A stretch of DNA of 62,039 nucleotides, counting the filler, from Stramenopiles sp. TOSAG23-2 (lineage: Eukaryota): NCBI GenBank assembly GCA_900128395.1. It is 23 parts of 23 records of this genome, joined end to end, with 100 filler letters (N's around TTAATTAATTAA, not from the genome) between each part and the next. Parts side by side here need not be neighbours in the genome. Positions count along the whole stretch, not along the records: positions 1 to 2,774 come from LT651532.1; positions 2,875 to 5,647 come from LT651533.1; positions 5,748 to 8,515 come from LT651534.1; positions 8,616 to 11,380 come from LT651535.1; 19 more parts are not named here. One strand, 5' to 3'. How positions within the stretch are numbered: position 1 is the stretch's first letter; every line of letters starts with the position of its first letter. Positions 1 through 10,792 of the stretch are shown piece by piece. The position numbers and the translations under genes were made by a program. The notes under the pieces were generated by a model that saw nothing but the letters and a program-made list of their open reading frames with translations, made no database searches and was not told the origin of the DNA.

Positions 1-1
1 T

Positions 2-433
2 TAGATCTAAATGTAATATGTTACGACTATGCAGCATTGCCATTCCATTGCATATACCACATGCAAGTTGAAATCGTTTCGCGTTTGACATATTTGGTTC
101 ATAATTAAGTAAATCTCTTAAATTTCCTTTTTCTGCAAACGCTAATATAAGCATAGGTGGCTCGAAACAAATATTTAATATTTGTACAACATTTTGATGT
201 CTACATAAGCTTAACGTTTTGAACTCATTCTGTAATAATGATTTTGCTTGTTCGCGCTCTTTTTCGTCCGTATGAGCATGAAGTTTTTTAATTGCAACAT
301 CCATTCCATATAAAGTACCTTTATGTACATCTGCAAATGCACCTCGCCCAATATAGTCTAATATTTCAATTGCACTTTTATCAATTTTCCATTTTTTATT
401 TTCTTCTACATTTTCTTCTAATAAACTTGACAT
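2..433 (-). CDS. TKL-group protein kinase, N-terminal part (cut by window edge; not in ORF track)
   Basis: Manual translation MSSLLEEN..WKIDKSAIEILDYIGRGAFADVHKG..VAIKKL..EFKTLSLCRHQNVV..GNLRDLL..GMAMLHSRNILHLDL shows the Gly loop, VAIK, helix-C Glu and HxD. Confidence 0.93.
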   Translation of the reverse strand, partial: MSSLLEENVEENKKWKIDKSAIEILDYIGRGAFADVHKGTLYGMDVAIKKLHAHTDEKEREQAKSLLQNEFKTLSLCRHQNVVQILNICFEPPMLILAFAEKGNLRDLLNYEPNMSNAKRFQLACGICNGMAMLHSRNILHLDL

Positions 434-622
434 GATTGTAAAAAAAAAGAACTGTTGTAAGATATTACAATATGATATTTAACAATAATGATTTTAATTT
501 CAATTTCATAACATATATAATATTGTATCGAATGTTTATCCACACTAACACAGATCCCAACACACACATATATCCTCTCTCCCTTCATTGATTCATTCTT
601 TTGTCATATATCACGTTTCCTT

Positions 623-845
623 TCTGGCAAAATGGGATCGTAGGCAACGCTGTGTCCATTGTAAATATATTCTAGCATAGGACTACGCCTAAAACCAATA
701 GCATAGACACAGGGAGTGTTATTTTGTACAAACTCCTCTGGCACAAAATGGGATCGTAGGCAATGCTGTGTCGATTGTAATTATTCTAGCATAAGACTAC
801 GCCTAAAACCAATAGCATAGACACAATGGGTGTTACATTTTGCAA
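623..845. repeat. Two diverged tandem copies of a ~114-bp non-coding unit
   Basis: TCTGGCA..AAAATGGGATCGTAGGCAA(C/T)GCTGTGTC..GACTACGCCTAAAACCAATAGCATAGACACA begins at 623 and 737, with several substitutions and indels. Confidence 0.92.
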
Positions 846-1141
846 ATTATGGAAATTGTTACGAACTCACACTTAGGATGAAAACACTACAACAATTATT
901 AGTGTAAATCCAACTTTTATTATTATCTTCACATTACATGAAGGTGCGAAGATCGGTTAAAAAAATACGAGTAAAAATGCTCATATATTCATTGCATATA
1001 TTCATTGCATCTATGTATATGTGTCCATGTGGAAATTGAAGAAATGTATATATACGTATGTAAAGAGATAGTAGATTTTATCAATTTGAACACGGTTATA
1101 TTTAATATATGAAATAAAAATATTAAACAAACATTTTATGA

Positions 1142-1579
1142 TTCATAAAAAAATCGATATATCGAAGACATAAGGGAATTGTTTCTTATCACATTTTACG
1201 TATTGCACGAAAACAAGCAGAGGAATACCGAAATGAACGCGAGAGGGCAGCAACATACATACAATATATCTACAGAAAAAAAACGGGGCGTCTGGCCGAA
1301 CATCTGAAACGACAAGCTAGGAAAAGAGTCCAAAAAAGAAAACGTCGTAATATTGAAACTATGCGATTTGAAAATACAGAATGGAAGCCAGACTATTGGG
1401 CAAATGAATTAGCTAATATAGTAGGCGATGAAATATTTGAAATTGATAATTATCATAGTAGTAACGAAACATATGACACAAATGTATGGGAAGCTTGTTG
1501 GGACAATGAGACATCACGCATTTACTTTTATAATCGCATAACAGGTATGAGTCAATGGGAGGAACCTACTGTACAATAA
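1142..1579 (+). CDS. 3' part of an IQ-like motif + WW domain protein
   Basis: Frame is open from 1142. AATYIQYIYRKK is IQ-like; the C-terminal WEACWDNETSRIYFYNRITGMSQWEEP is a WW domain. Confidence 0.75.
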   Translation, partial: FIKKSIYRRHKGIVSYHILRIARKQAEEYRNERERAATYIQYIYRKKTGRLAEHLKRQARKRVQKRKRRNIETMRFENTEWKPDYWANELANIVGDEIFEIDNYHSSNETYDTNVWEACWDNETSRIYFYNRITGMSQWEEPTVQ

Positions 1580-2111
1580 ATTTACGCTGCTGATTATTCT
1601 TTATATGTATAAAAAATATTCGTATACGTCGTAATTTTTCTTTTCTCAGAAAATTTGAATTTAAATTATGTTATGAGTAGTCTATTGAAATATAAAAATT
1701 TAATAATTAATGATAATTAATTCGTCGTACAAAAAAAAAAAGAATCGCAAATCGTAATACGTGCAGTACGAAATTCGCTTTTTTTTTTACGAATTTAAAA
1801 AAATACGATTATTAGAATACTTTTTAATAAGTATATATACTCGTGTGTATAATGCCATATTAAAAAATATCTTATGATACGAACGTACATTTTACATACT
1901 CTCTTTTCTTAAAAAATTTTACACACAGACGACTTGCTTTTAATCATACACACATGTTTTTTACGAACCGTATTATATTTTACTTTTTGCACTTTTAACA
2001 TATCATTTTTAAAAATTTATTTAATCATCACCTTCTTTCCTTCATAACTAACATACACCCCTACAAAATACGTATACATACGAGCGTATATATTACATGT
2101 AAAATATATAT

Positions 2112-2619
2112 AATGTATTATTCCCCTCACTAATACTTAAATACTATCAAGATACTTGTTCTCGTCCATATAACCTCCACGTGTCAATGCGACATACTCG
2201 CCTTTCATATCAATTTGAAATACTAAATTCAAAGGTGATAATTTTAAAAACGCTTGTACTGAACCAAAATCACGAACAATTACATACCGAGCATTTGTTT
2301 GTGTACCCCTTGGACCAAGAAAATATACACCGTCTAACAACTGATTGATATGAAGCGCGTTTCCTTGCACCGTGCGCAATTTATCAATTACACGCTTTGC
2401 AACCTCTTTTATTGCATTTGGTGTCATTCCTGACTTCTCAGGTGTCCCATCTACAGAAGCACCTGAATTACTTCGATGGCGCTGACTACGAATTTTATTT
2501 ATATCAGCTGGTGATAAAAAATTATTATTATTTGTTCTTCTCCTTTGATGGTTACCATCATCGCTATCTGAGTCGGTATCTGAATAGTATTTAAGTATTA
2601 GTGAGGGGAATAATACATT
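2112..2619. repeat. Perfect 36-bp inverted repeat (2112-2147 / 2584-2619)
   Basis: AATGTATTATTCCCCTCACTAATACTTAAATACTAT and its exact reverse complement. Confidence 0.95.
2137..2583 (-). CDS. C-terminal gene fragment with possible OST-HTH/LOTUS-like winged helix
   Basis: Frame is open upstream of the annotated ATG (SDTDSDSDDGNH..). The segment ALHINQLL..DFGSVQAFLKLSPLNLVFQI..YVAL resembles the OST-HTH pattern. Confidence 0.45.
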   Translation of the reverse strand, partial: SDTDSDSDDGNHQRRRTNNNNFLSPADINKIRSQRHRSNSGASVDGTPEKSGMTPNAIKEVAKRVIDKLRTVQGNALHINQLLDGVYFLGPRGTQTNARYVIVRDFGSVQAFLKLSPLNLVFQIDMKGEYVALTRGGYMDENKYLDSI

Positions 2620-2876
2620 TTATATCTACGTATGTGTGTATGATGTACGAATGTTTTTTGCCTGTTGTATAATCTGCTTTCATACACACTTCTTATAAAA
2701 TATATATTGATACATATATTATATTAGATAGATTGACATCATCTAGAAATATTATACAACAGATCAAAACAAAANNNNNNNNNNNNNNNNNNNNNNNNNN
2801 NNNNNNNNNNNNNNNNNNTTAATTAATTAANNNNNNNNNNNNNNNNNNNNNNNNNNNNNNNNNNNNNNNNNNNNAT

Positions 2877-3395
2877 ATTGTAGATGGTCACCAAGATCAA
2901 CTAACAGGTGTTATTAAAAAGGCAAATGTCGTGATGATGCTAAACGCAGAAGGCGTCACGTGCCCTGGCGCTGTTGTTGCGTATAAAGTCGTTATTAGCG
3001 ATAAAGAAAAGAACGAAGACATTACGCAATGGCAATTAGGAACCTTAGATTGCAAAGTTGCGAAATCCAATACACGGTGGAAAGTTGTTGATTTTGAAGA
3101 TAAGTCGCAATCGGAAGTTGGTGAGGGTGAATATGTTGTTTTACCAGATGTAGCATTAAGTGCAAGTGCAATGCCTAGCTATAGAAAAGGAGAACCAGTG
3201 ATGGCAGTATATCCTGAAACGACGGTATTTTATGAATCAACGATTTTCACTCCACCACAAAGAACTGCGACTGGGAATGTAAGACCAGCATGTTTATTAT
3301 TTAAAGATGATTTTGATCCAATTACTGGTAAACAAATGAAACAATATGTACAGCCACAATATATTTTTAAAATGTCACAATTAGCAACAGCATAA
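2877..3395 (+). CDS. SGF29: SGF29 tandem-Tudor domain protein (5' partial)
   Basis: GAVVAYKV..QWQLG..WKVVDFED..YRKGEPVMAVYPETTVFY..LLFKDD..VQPQYI matches the SGF29 C-terminal double Tudor. Confidence 0.8.
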   Translation: MVDGHQDQLTGVIKKANVVMMLNAEGVTCPGAVVAYKVVISDKEKNEDITQWQLGTLDCKVAKSNTRWKVVDFEDKSQSEVGEGEYVVLPDVALSASAMPSYRKGEPVMAVYPETTVFYESTIFTPPQRTATGNVRPACLLFKDDFDPITGKQMKQYVQPQYIFKMSQLATA

Positions 3396-3542
3396 AAAAT
3401 ATTTGTTGTGAGAGAGAAGAGGAAGAAATTTTTTTGTAAAATTTTACACAACTAATATATTTTGATATGATGCATCATACTAAATAAATACGCGATTCGT
3501 ATATATTAAAATCATACTTTACACGCCCACGTGAAACGTCTT

Positions 3543-5503
3543 TTAATTATTTCTCCATCCTTTATACGGATTCATCCATTTCGTTCTATTATCTGGATCT
3601 CTAAATGTTCCTGATGGTTTCTTATATTTGCCATGATCTATCTTTCCTTTAAGTGGTACCATTGATGAATTTGCTTTACCAAAACTACGTAAAAATTGTT
3701 CTGCTGCAACCCATTTTGTTTTGCCTCTTAAATATTCTAAACGTTGTGCTTTGTAATCAGATATATAAGGACCAGATGCAGCAACGGTACCGACATCTCT
3801 CTTTCCAAATGCTTCTTCACCTACATTTAATTTTTTATATGTTTTATTCCATGCACAAAATGGTTTTTTCTTCTTTATCGAGACTCGCACCACCTTTGCA
3901 TTATTTCTAGGTGAATTTTGTTTAGCAAAGAAACGAGATGGCAAAGATAATTTACTATCTTGTTGTTCATCACCCGAGTCTTCTTCTTCTTCTTGTTCCA
4001 TACTTCTATAACTGTTTCTACTACTACGATATTGCGATTGTTGAGATTTACGACCATCGTCAATCTGTGAGTGTCGTGAATTGCTACCTCTACTGCGCCT
4101 TGCAGAATTACTTGTTAATCCATTGTTACGATTATCAACTTCCTCTTCATCAACATGAAAATCTTCTGGTTTGACTGTAAGCGACATGAATTTTTAACCG
4201 GCTTCATTGGCGCGACATATGGTGGTGGAGTTCCAGGCGGGTCGTCGATCAAGATACCAGAAGACGCAACGCTTCGCATTGTATTTGGAGTATTCGCTTG
4301 AAATCTCCTAGTTGAAAATTGCTTCCTGCCACTACCAGATGATGGTGGTCTAGGAGAATTATTTGGCGATAAACGATTTTTACCACTAACCCCATCGGAA
4401 AGCATCCCCCTTTTAAGGGAAATCCTTGGATCTTGGAAATGATGCGCTTCCTCCTCTGGGATCGTTGTGCCAGCTGGTGGAGGTGGCCTCGATTCACCTG
4501 GTTGATGAACCTGCATGCCGACTAATAAAAATGCACTACTAACATCTAAATATTCGTAAGCATTCATTTGATTAAATTTATGTTTTACATAATTGTACAA
4601 TATACGAGCAGTTTCTGGATATTTATCTGAGATTTGAAATTGAACGCCAAACATATGCCCTGATTCGATTACTTGTGGTACCAATGATTGGTCACTATCT
4701 GCCAATATCATAAATTTACGCCTAGCAGATCCACTAGCTTTTTCATCTATGTCAAAAATATTTTGCCGTGGTACTAAAAATTCTCTTTGTTTGATACCTT
4801 CAAATGCCCAATGCTGTAACTCTGTTCCTCGAACAGTTAATTTTGTTTCATGCAATAGCGTTGGAACTACACTTGCCTTCACATATTTCCCGTATGGCTC
4901 TTTTGCACGATACTTTCTTGGTAGATGTGTAGCATATTTTGCACGTTGCCTTAAACCGGAATGGCATAGTGGTGTCCACTGTGCCATAACTGTATCAAAC
5001 TGATAGAAATCACCACTAATACAGTCAAAAAAGACATGATCCCGCTGTATATGCTTGCTTACTTTAGTTGTCATGATTTGGTTCAAAGGAGTCCCTTTTC
5101 CATCCTTTCCCCCATTTATTACTTTTACTCGTTTCCCACCCGTGCAACAAATATTTGCTAACATGTGACAAGCAAATGAAGATGCAAACAAACATTTATT
5201 TGTTAAATAACACATTCGTACTAGGGTAAAAATCTGTGATGCCGCTGGTGCCCAGGGTGTTAATGTTGGATGACCACCAATAAATATAAAGTCTAATCTA
5301 TCAAACAGTTTAACAGACGTTGGATTATTAAATTGACTGTCTTCCTCATATATATAATCGCCTAATTCGTTTGGTTTTCTGAATGCCATATGTATATGCA
5401 ATTTTAAATTATCAAAGGTACTTTGTACAAACTGTTTAAATATTAATGCTTCCTTCCTACCTTTGGCAGAGTTACCAAATGCGTTTACTACCAAGACTCT
5501 CAT
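3543..5503 (-). CDS. Class-I glutamine amidotransferase-like protein with low-complexity tail; probably one gene broken by a frameshift near 4191-4195
   Basis: MRVLVVNAF, DFIFIGG, KCLFASSFACHML and MFGVQFQ follow the GATase1 layout. ORFs 4115-5503 and 3543-4187 fuse if one A is added to an A5 run. Confidence 0.65.
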
Positions 5504-6161
5504 TGCTATATTATATGTATATATATATTACAGACACAAACACACGTGTAATGATAATAAACCACTATATACTCTTTAGACCCGAGAACTGACAACTAGC
5601 ACCACTCTGTTAATAATATCTGTGTATATTTACATCCAAAATAACTANNNNNNNNNNNNNNNNNNNNNNNNNNNNNNNNNNNNNNNNNNNNTTAATTAAT
5701 TAANNNNNNNNNNNNNNNNNNNNNNNNNNNNNNNNNNNNNNNNNNNNATTTTAATTTTGATCAAATTCATTCTTTGAAGTATTTGATAGTAATATTTTGT
5801 AATTTTATACTAAAACACTACGGTCCATTTTTAGTTCAAAAGTTATTATTATTTTACCAAAATTACAAGTTAAAAGTTGATTTATTTACGTAAAGGTTGA
5901 TTTATTAAAGTCCAGATTTGAATTATTGTCAGACGAAAAACCAAAAAAGTTATAACTTTATCAGTAAGAGTAACAACTACTTTCATTCGTATATACATGA
6001 ATGCAAAATTAAAATAAATCATAGAAACAATTATATATTTATACGTGGACAAAAAATTTAGTAATAAATTTTCATCATCATTATTATTACAATTTTGAAA
6101 TTTCTTCACTTTTTTAGATTCAAACCATTTCCAAAAAACATCTGAATAAAATCAAATTATT

Positions 6162-7640
6162 ATGTCATCCTATATCAACCAATACTCGAAGATCACTACA
6201 AAACCTGGTGCAAATTTAAAAAATACATTAATATCACCATATTCAAATAATGCATATATAATGCTTCAAAATAATATTGTCAAAGATAATGACGATGATA
6301 ATAAACAGAATAATATTCAATTATTTTCATTATTAGGTGAATTAAATGGTCCATGTATATCTTTGTATGATAATAATAATTACAACATTGTAAAACATAT
6401 CACGTTAGACAATAGCAAAAACACTGTAAATAATGACAACAACAGTGTTATACATACAAGTCATTGCTTTTATTTAAATGAACTATATATTGCAACATAT
6501 GGTACAAATATATATATTTATAAAATTAAAAATGACAAAATAATATTGTTTTTACAATTTGTAAATTTAAATTTTCAAATATTAGATATGGATGTATCGA
6601 AATGGATGATATCGAATAATAATAATAATAAATACATTGAACAATATATATTTGTATTCGGTGGTCCAGCTGGTGCATTTATATATAAACATGATTGTGA
6701 TAATGATAATAATAATAATGAAATAATACAAAATAAGAATGCGATTAAATCATTTAAATCATCAGAATATAATATATCAAATATTGCATTAGGACATATT
6801 AAACCACTTATTGCAATTGCATGTAAAGATGGACGTTGTATTATTATGAAACATCATCATCATCATAATCAAGTGGAAGTAGTAGATGATGATTTATTGA
6901 CAACAACATCAAATAATAATAATATAATAGATGAATTTAAAATTTACATGGAAAAATCAGATGGACGTATAACTGATATATCATTTAATTGTGATGATAC
7001 AATATTAGCAATTAGTTTTTGGTTTGGACAGGTATATGTATATAAATGTATTACATCACCACTAACAACAAAAATAATGAATGATGGTGGTAATAATAAT
7101 ACAAATAATAAAATATGGATACAAACGTATTGTTTACCATCTATAGTCTTATCATTACATCAAGAAAAGAAAGATAATAGAAGATTTTCACCCTCTATCA
7201 ATCCAACGATGTTTTCGATTGTACGTATGAATGATGCAATAGATGTATTATTTATATATCAAGGACGTTTTGATAAATGGATTGTCGTCAATCCATTAAA
7301 TGGTATACGATATGATAAAATTGAAAAGTTAATTGTAAATGGATTAATAAATGAGAAAAAGAAACGAATGTTAGCAATGGCAAAGAGTCAAGAGGAAGAA
7401 GATACAGAAACAATAGAACGTGTTACTGGCTTTTGTATTAGTAATATGATGAAGAAACAAAAGGAACAAAAAGCAATGATGGATGTTATTGAGAAAGATA
7501 TTAGTACTAATACGATGATTGGGAAACAAGAAGAAGAATCGTCTCATTTTTTCCCATTAAATGATGAAACGATGATGGAAATCACATTGATATGTTTTAC
7601 TAATAAATCATTGTATCGTTTTGTTGTTTGTTGTGTGTGA
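6162..7640 (+). CDS. WD40-like beta-propeller protein, Asn-rich
   Basis: ISNIALGHIKPLIAIACKDGRCIIM and ITDISFNCDDTILAISFWFGQVYVY are WD40-like blades. Confidence 0.6.
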   Translation: MSSYINQYSKITTKPGANLKNTLISPYSNNAYIMLQNNIVKDNDDDNKQNNIQLFSLLGELNGPCISLYDNNNYNIVKHITLDNSKNTVNNDNNSVIHTSHCFYLNELYIATYGTNIYIYKIKNDKIILFLQFVNLNFQILDMDVSKWMISNNNNNKYIEQYIFVFGGPAGAFIYKHDCDNDNNNNEIIQNKNAIKSFKSSEYNISNIALGHIKPLIAIACKDGRCIIMKHHHHHNQVEVVDDDLLTTTSNNNNIIDEFKIYMEKSDGRITDISFNCDDTILAISFWFGQVYVYKCITSPLTTKIMNDGGNNNTNNKIWIQTYCLPSIVLSLHQEKKDNRRFSPSINPTMFSIVRMNDAIDVLFIYQGRFDKWIVVNPLNGIRYDKIEKLIVNGLINEKKKRMLAMAKSQEEEDTETIERVTGFCISNMMKKQKEQKAMMDVIEKDISTNTMIGKQEEESSHFFPLNDETMMEITLICFTNKSLYRFVVCCV

Positions 7641-7761
7641 ATATTTGTATGTATATAGATAGATAGATAGATATAATGGAATATTTTAAAAGAAAAAAAG
7701 CACAAAATTTAATGTTGGTGTATGGTCGTCTACTATTGACACAAAATTCTCCCTTTCGTAT

Positions 7762-8257
7762 ATGTACGGATTCGTAATTCGGCAATTTGTGTCTCAGCCT
7801 CTCGCCGCACAGAAAGCTACTTTTGCGACACGTGGTGTCCCTGAGCAAGCAAAGGAAAGACGTAATCAGTTTGTTTCCTACACCCTTAGTCCCACAGTTA
7901 TTAGCAGTTCCTGGCCTTTTTGATCGAATCAGGGCAAGCATTGATGAGATGGGATTCAGTGATGATGATTTCTGCCAATGGTATCGTGGACAAATATACT
8001 TGATGAACGCGAATATTGTCTCGGATCAGATGTTAGAATTGGGGTGAATCACTTGCCCGGTCTTGATTGTTCATGGAGACAAAGATGAGGCAGTGCCGTA
8101 TGAAGCGAGTGTTGCTATTCAAAAAGGTACCCCAGGAGCAATATTGCATACACTTCCTGGAGCTGCGCACGGCCTTGCGAACATGACTGATGAATTGACT
8201 CCAGTGGTTCGCAACTGGCTCGACGAGAGGGAGCAACAAAGCATGTCTCGCCTCTAA
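7762..8257 (+). pseudogene. Disrupted C-terminal half of an alpha/beta hydrolase
   Basis: LG*ITCPVLIVHGDKDEAVP..LPGAAHGL has the catalytic Asp and His motifs. In-frame TGA at 8045-8047, likely frameshift at T5 7917-7921, and no N-terminal GxSxG half. Confidence 0.75.
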
Positions 8258-9149
8258 AATGATTTTTATATATAATATTTTAATAATAATTATAATTTAC
8301 GGAAAAACAAAACATAGAGATATTATGTGTGTATATAGGGTATTATAGTTGGTAGTATATAAATAGATATATAAAAATAGATATTAATAATAATATTATA
8401 TGTCTATCGCAACAGCTATCCACATCCATTCCACTTGTTGATACCCGTTTGATCCATCTCTTTTATATTGTTGTATAGCATTTAATTGTATTCCATATCA
8501 TCAGTAATATTATTANNNNNNNNNNNNNNNNNNNNNNNNNNNNNNNNNNNNNNNNNNNNTTAATTAATTAANNNNNNNNNNNNNNNNNNNNNNNNNNNNN
8601 NNNNNNNNNNNNNNNAGAAATTAGCGGAACAAAAGAAAGCAGCAATGAAAGCAGAATATTTACGTTTTCGTCATAAAGGTAGTAAAAAGAAAAAAACTAC
8701 TAGTATATTTAAGAGTTAAAAAGATTTTATTTATACTCATACTGTTATATTCACTATATTATATATATATATATATAAAGTTCTCTTATTTTATATAATA
8801 TTATGTGTAATTACTAGAAATAATAATAAATTGAAAGTATATCATGTATTTATTCTTTTGTTTTATTCAAATGCACAGCACCCTACGTAATAAACAATAT
8901 AATGCACATAGTTTTTTACACCCCGTACAAATTTCAAATTTTTTATGTAATTACTCAGGTATATACCTTGTAATACCATGGCATGCGGCATGCCTCTCAA
9001 ATCCTCACATACGAGTAGCAATAAATACAACTGCACGATTTTGTCAAGTATTTTGCATTTTAAAACAATTTTATTCTCTGTCATCTTCCATATACCCGGC
9101 AATAAATCGTTTCAAGAGCGCAATTTTCTACGACGTAGATTTTAAAAGC

Positions 9150-10571
9150 TCAACTCTGGCAGGAAGGATTACTACCATGATGAAGACATAGACCATTTGA
9201 TGGTTTACCTGCATCACTCCATACTTGTTTGATATAATTATTGCCATCTGATGTAATGTTATTTCCCCACAAACTCAAATATTGCAAACCATTCATATAT
9301 TTTACGATAGAACCTAGTTTTTTTATACCAGGATCATTGATGTTATTATGATGCAGCTTAAGTTTCATAATTTCCTTTATTTCTTTCAATACAGGTACAA
9401 GACATCCAATACCAATATCACTTATTTTGTTACCACTCAAATAAAGCCTGGAAAGCTTTGACATTCCCTTCATTTCTTTCAATGCAGGCACAAGATATCC
9501 AATACCGATATCACTTATATGGTTATGATCCAAAGAAAGCTTTGACATTCCCTTCATTTCTTTCAATGCAGGTACAAGATATCCAATACCGATATCACTT
9601 ATATTGTTAAGATCCAAAACAAGCTCTGACAGTCCCTTCATTTCTTTCAATGCAGGTACAAGATATCCAATACCGATATCACCCATACGGTTATTATCTA
9701 AATAGAGCCTTGACAGTCCCTTCATTTCTTTCAATGCAGGTACAAGATATCCAATACCAATATCACTTATTTTGTTAAAATGCAAACGAAGAATTGACAG
9801 CCCCTTCATCTCTTTCATTGCAAGCGCAAGATATCCGCAATCAATATCTGTTATTTTATTAGTAAAGAATGCAATATATTTTAATCCCTCAAATCGTCCA
9901 AGACAATTCCAATTTAAATTTATTTCATTTTGTTCAGAACGAACCTCCAACATATTCAACCCGACACTTATTGAACAAAAAGATACAAATGTTTTACCCT
10001 GAAAAAACAATTGCAAAATTGTATTTGATTCAAAATACGATTCCAACATTTTTTTTGAATAGTTATCTGGTGCATTTAAATAACTAAAAGAAGAATCTTG
10101 TAAATTAGACATTTTTACTTCTGTAAGATCTCGATATGTATAAAATACAGCTTCCCGTACATCAATTATTGGATTATTAGATATATCCAACACATGTGTT
10201 TCTTTGTTATGAACCATCGTATCTGGTATAAAAGAAATAACGATGGATATTCCTATAGATAATATCACAAATACAACAAGACGTTTATTAATATTATTGT
10301 TTTCAATTATTATATTACATATTATTGTTGCTTGTGTAACAAGGACATAATATAACCATATATATGAATACAAATTATGATATGGTATCATCCATAATAC
10401 AATGATTGGGATGATTAAAAACAATATCGCACGAAAAATGACCCAATAATATGATAATTTTGCTGTTGTTGTTCTTGCTGTTGTTGATGATGACTCCGTT
10501 GTTGCATTTTTTTGTATATACAATGGGTTTAACGTTGCATTGGATATGTCTTTTTCAAACACATGATTCAT
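9150..10571 (-). CDS. Membrane protein (about 3 TM) with C-terminal 28-aa RI/NLRC3-type LRRs
   Basis: Three hydrophobic segments at about aa 40-115, then repeats of GLSxLxLxxNxISDIGIGYLVPALKEMK. Confidence 0.9.
   Translation of the reverse strand: MNHVFEKDISNATLNPLYIQKNATTESSSTTARTTTAKLSYYWVIFRAILFLIIPIIVLWMIPYHNLYSYIWLYYVLVTQATIICNIIIENNNINKRLVVFVILSIGISIVISFIPDTMVHNKETHVLDISNNPIIDVREAVFYTYRDLTEVKMSNLQDSSFSYLNAPDNYSKKMLESYFESNTILQLFFQGKTFVSFCSISVGLNMLEVRSEQNEINLNWNCLGRFEGLKYIAFFTNKITDIDCGYLALAMKEMKGLSILRLHFNKISDIGIGYLVPALKEMKGLSRLYLDNNRMGDIGIGYLVPALKEMKGLSELVLDLNNISDIGIGYLVPALKEMKGMSKLSLDHNHISDIGIGYLVPALKEMKGMSKLSRLYLSGNKISDIGIGCLVPVLKEIKEIMKLKLHHNNINDPGIKKLGSIVKYMNGLQYLSLWGNNITSDGNNYIKQVWSDAGKPSNGLCLHHGSNPSCQS
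9386..9816 (-). repeat. Five ~84-bp LRR-coding tandem units
   Basis: AATGCAGG(T/C)ACAAGATATCCAATACC starts at 9481, 9565, 9649 and 9733 (period 84), with a further slightly longer unit near 9386. Confidence 0.93.
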
Positions 10572-10733
10572 CTTCCTTTAATCTCTTGTATTATTTATAC
10601 ATTAAATTAATCTAGATATACATTTCTCACCGATATATAAATTAACAAAATGCGTTCACTCATTTAAAGTGTTCTTGATCAGTATATGTATGTGATATAC
10701 ATAATTCTACATGATATTGTAAACAACAAGAGT

Positions 10734-10792
10734 AGCTAGCTCTAGCTGGGCTAGAGCTAGCTGGCTAGCTCTAGCTGGCTAGCCCAGCTAGC
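10734..10792. repeat. AGCT/CTAG-rich island containing a perfect 13-bp hairpin
   Basis: AGCTAGCTCTAGC-TGG-GCTAGAGCTAGCT at 10734-10762, followed by more GCTAGC/GCTGGC units. Confidence 0.85.

Noticed and set aside
2819-2830. Regularly spaced TTAATTAATTAA as a biological repeat or CRISPR-like array
   Set aside because: Always centred in N runs of fixed length; it is a six-frame-stop concatenation linker.
8045-8047. Selenocysteine or alternative genetic code
   Set aside because: Position is not a catalytic Cys site, the gene is otherwise broken, and TGA, TAA and TAG all end intact genes elsewhere.
9386-9816. Constant/variable alternation as CRISPR or a diversity-generating retroelement
   Set aside because: It is an in-frame 84-bp coding LRR period; changes are not adenine-specific and no reverse transcriptase is in the window.
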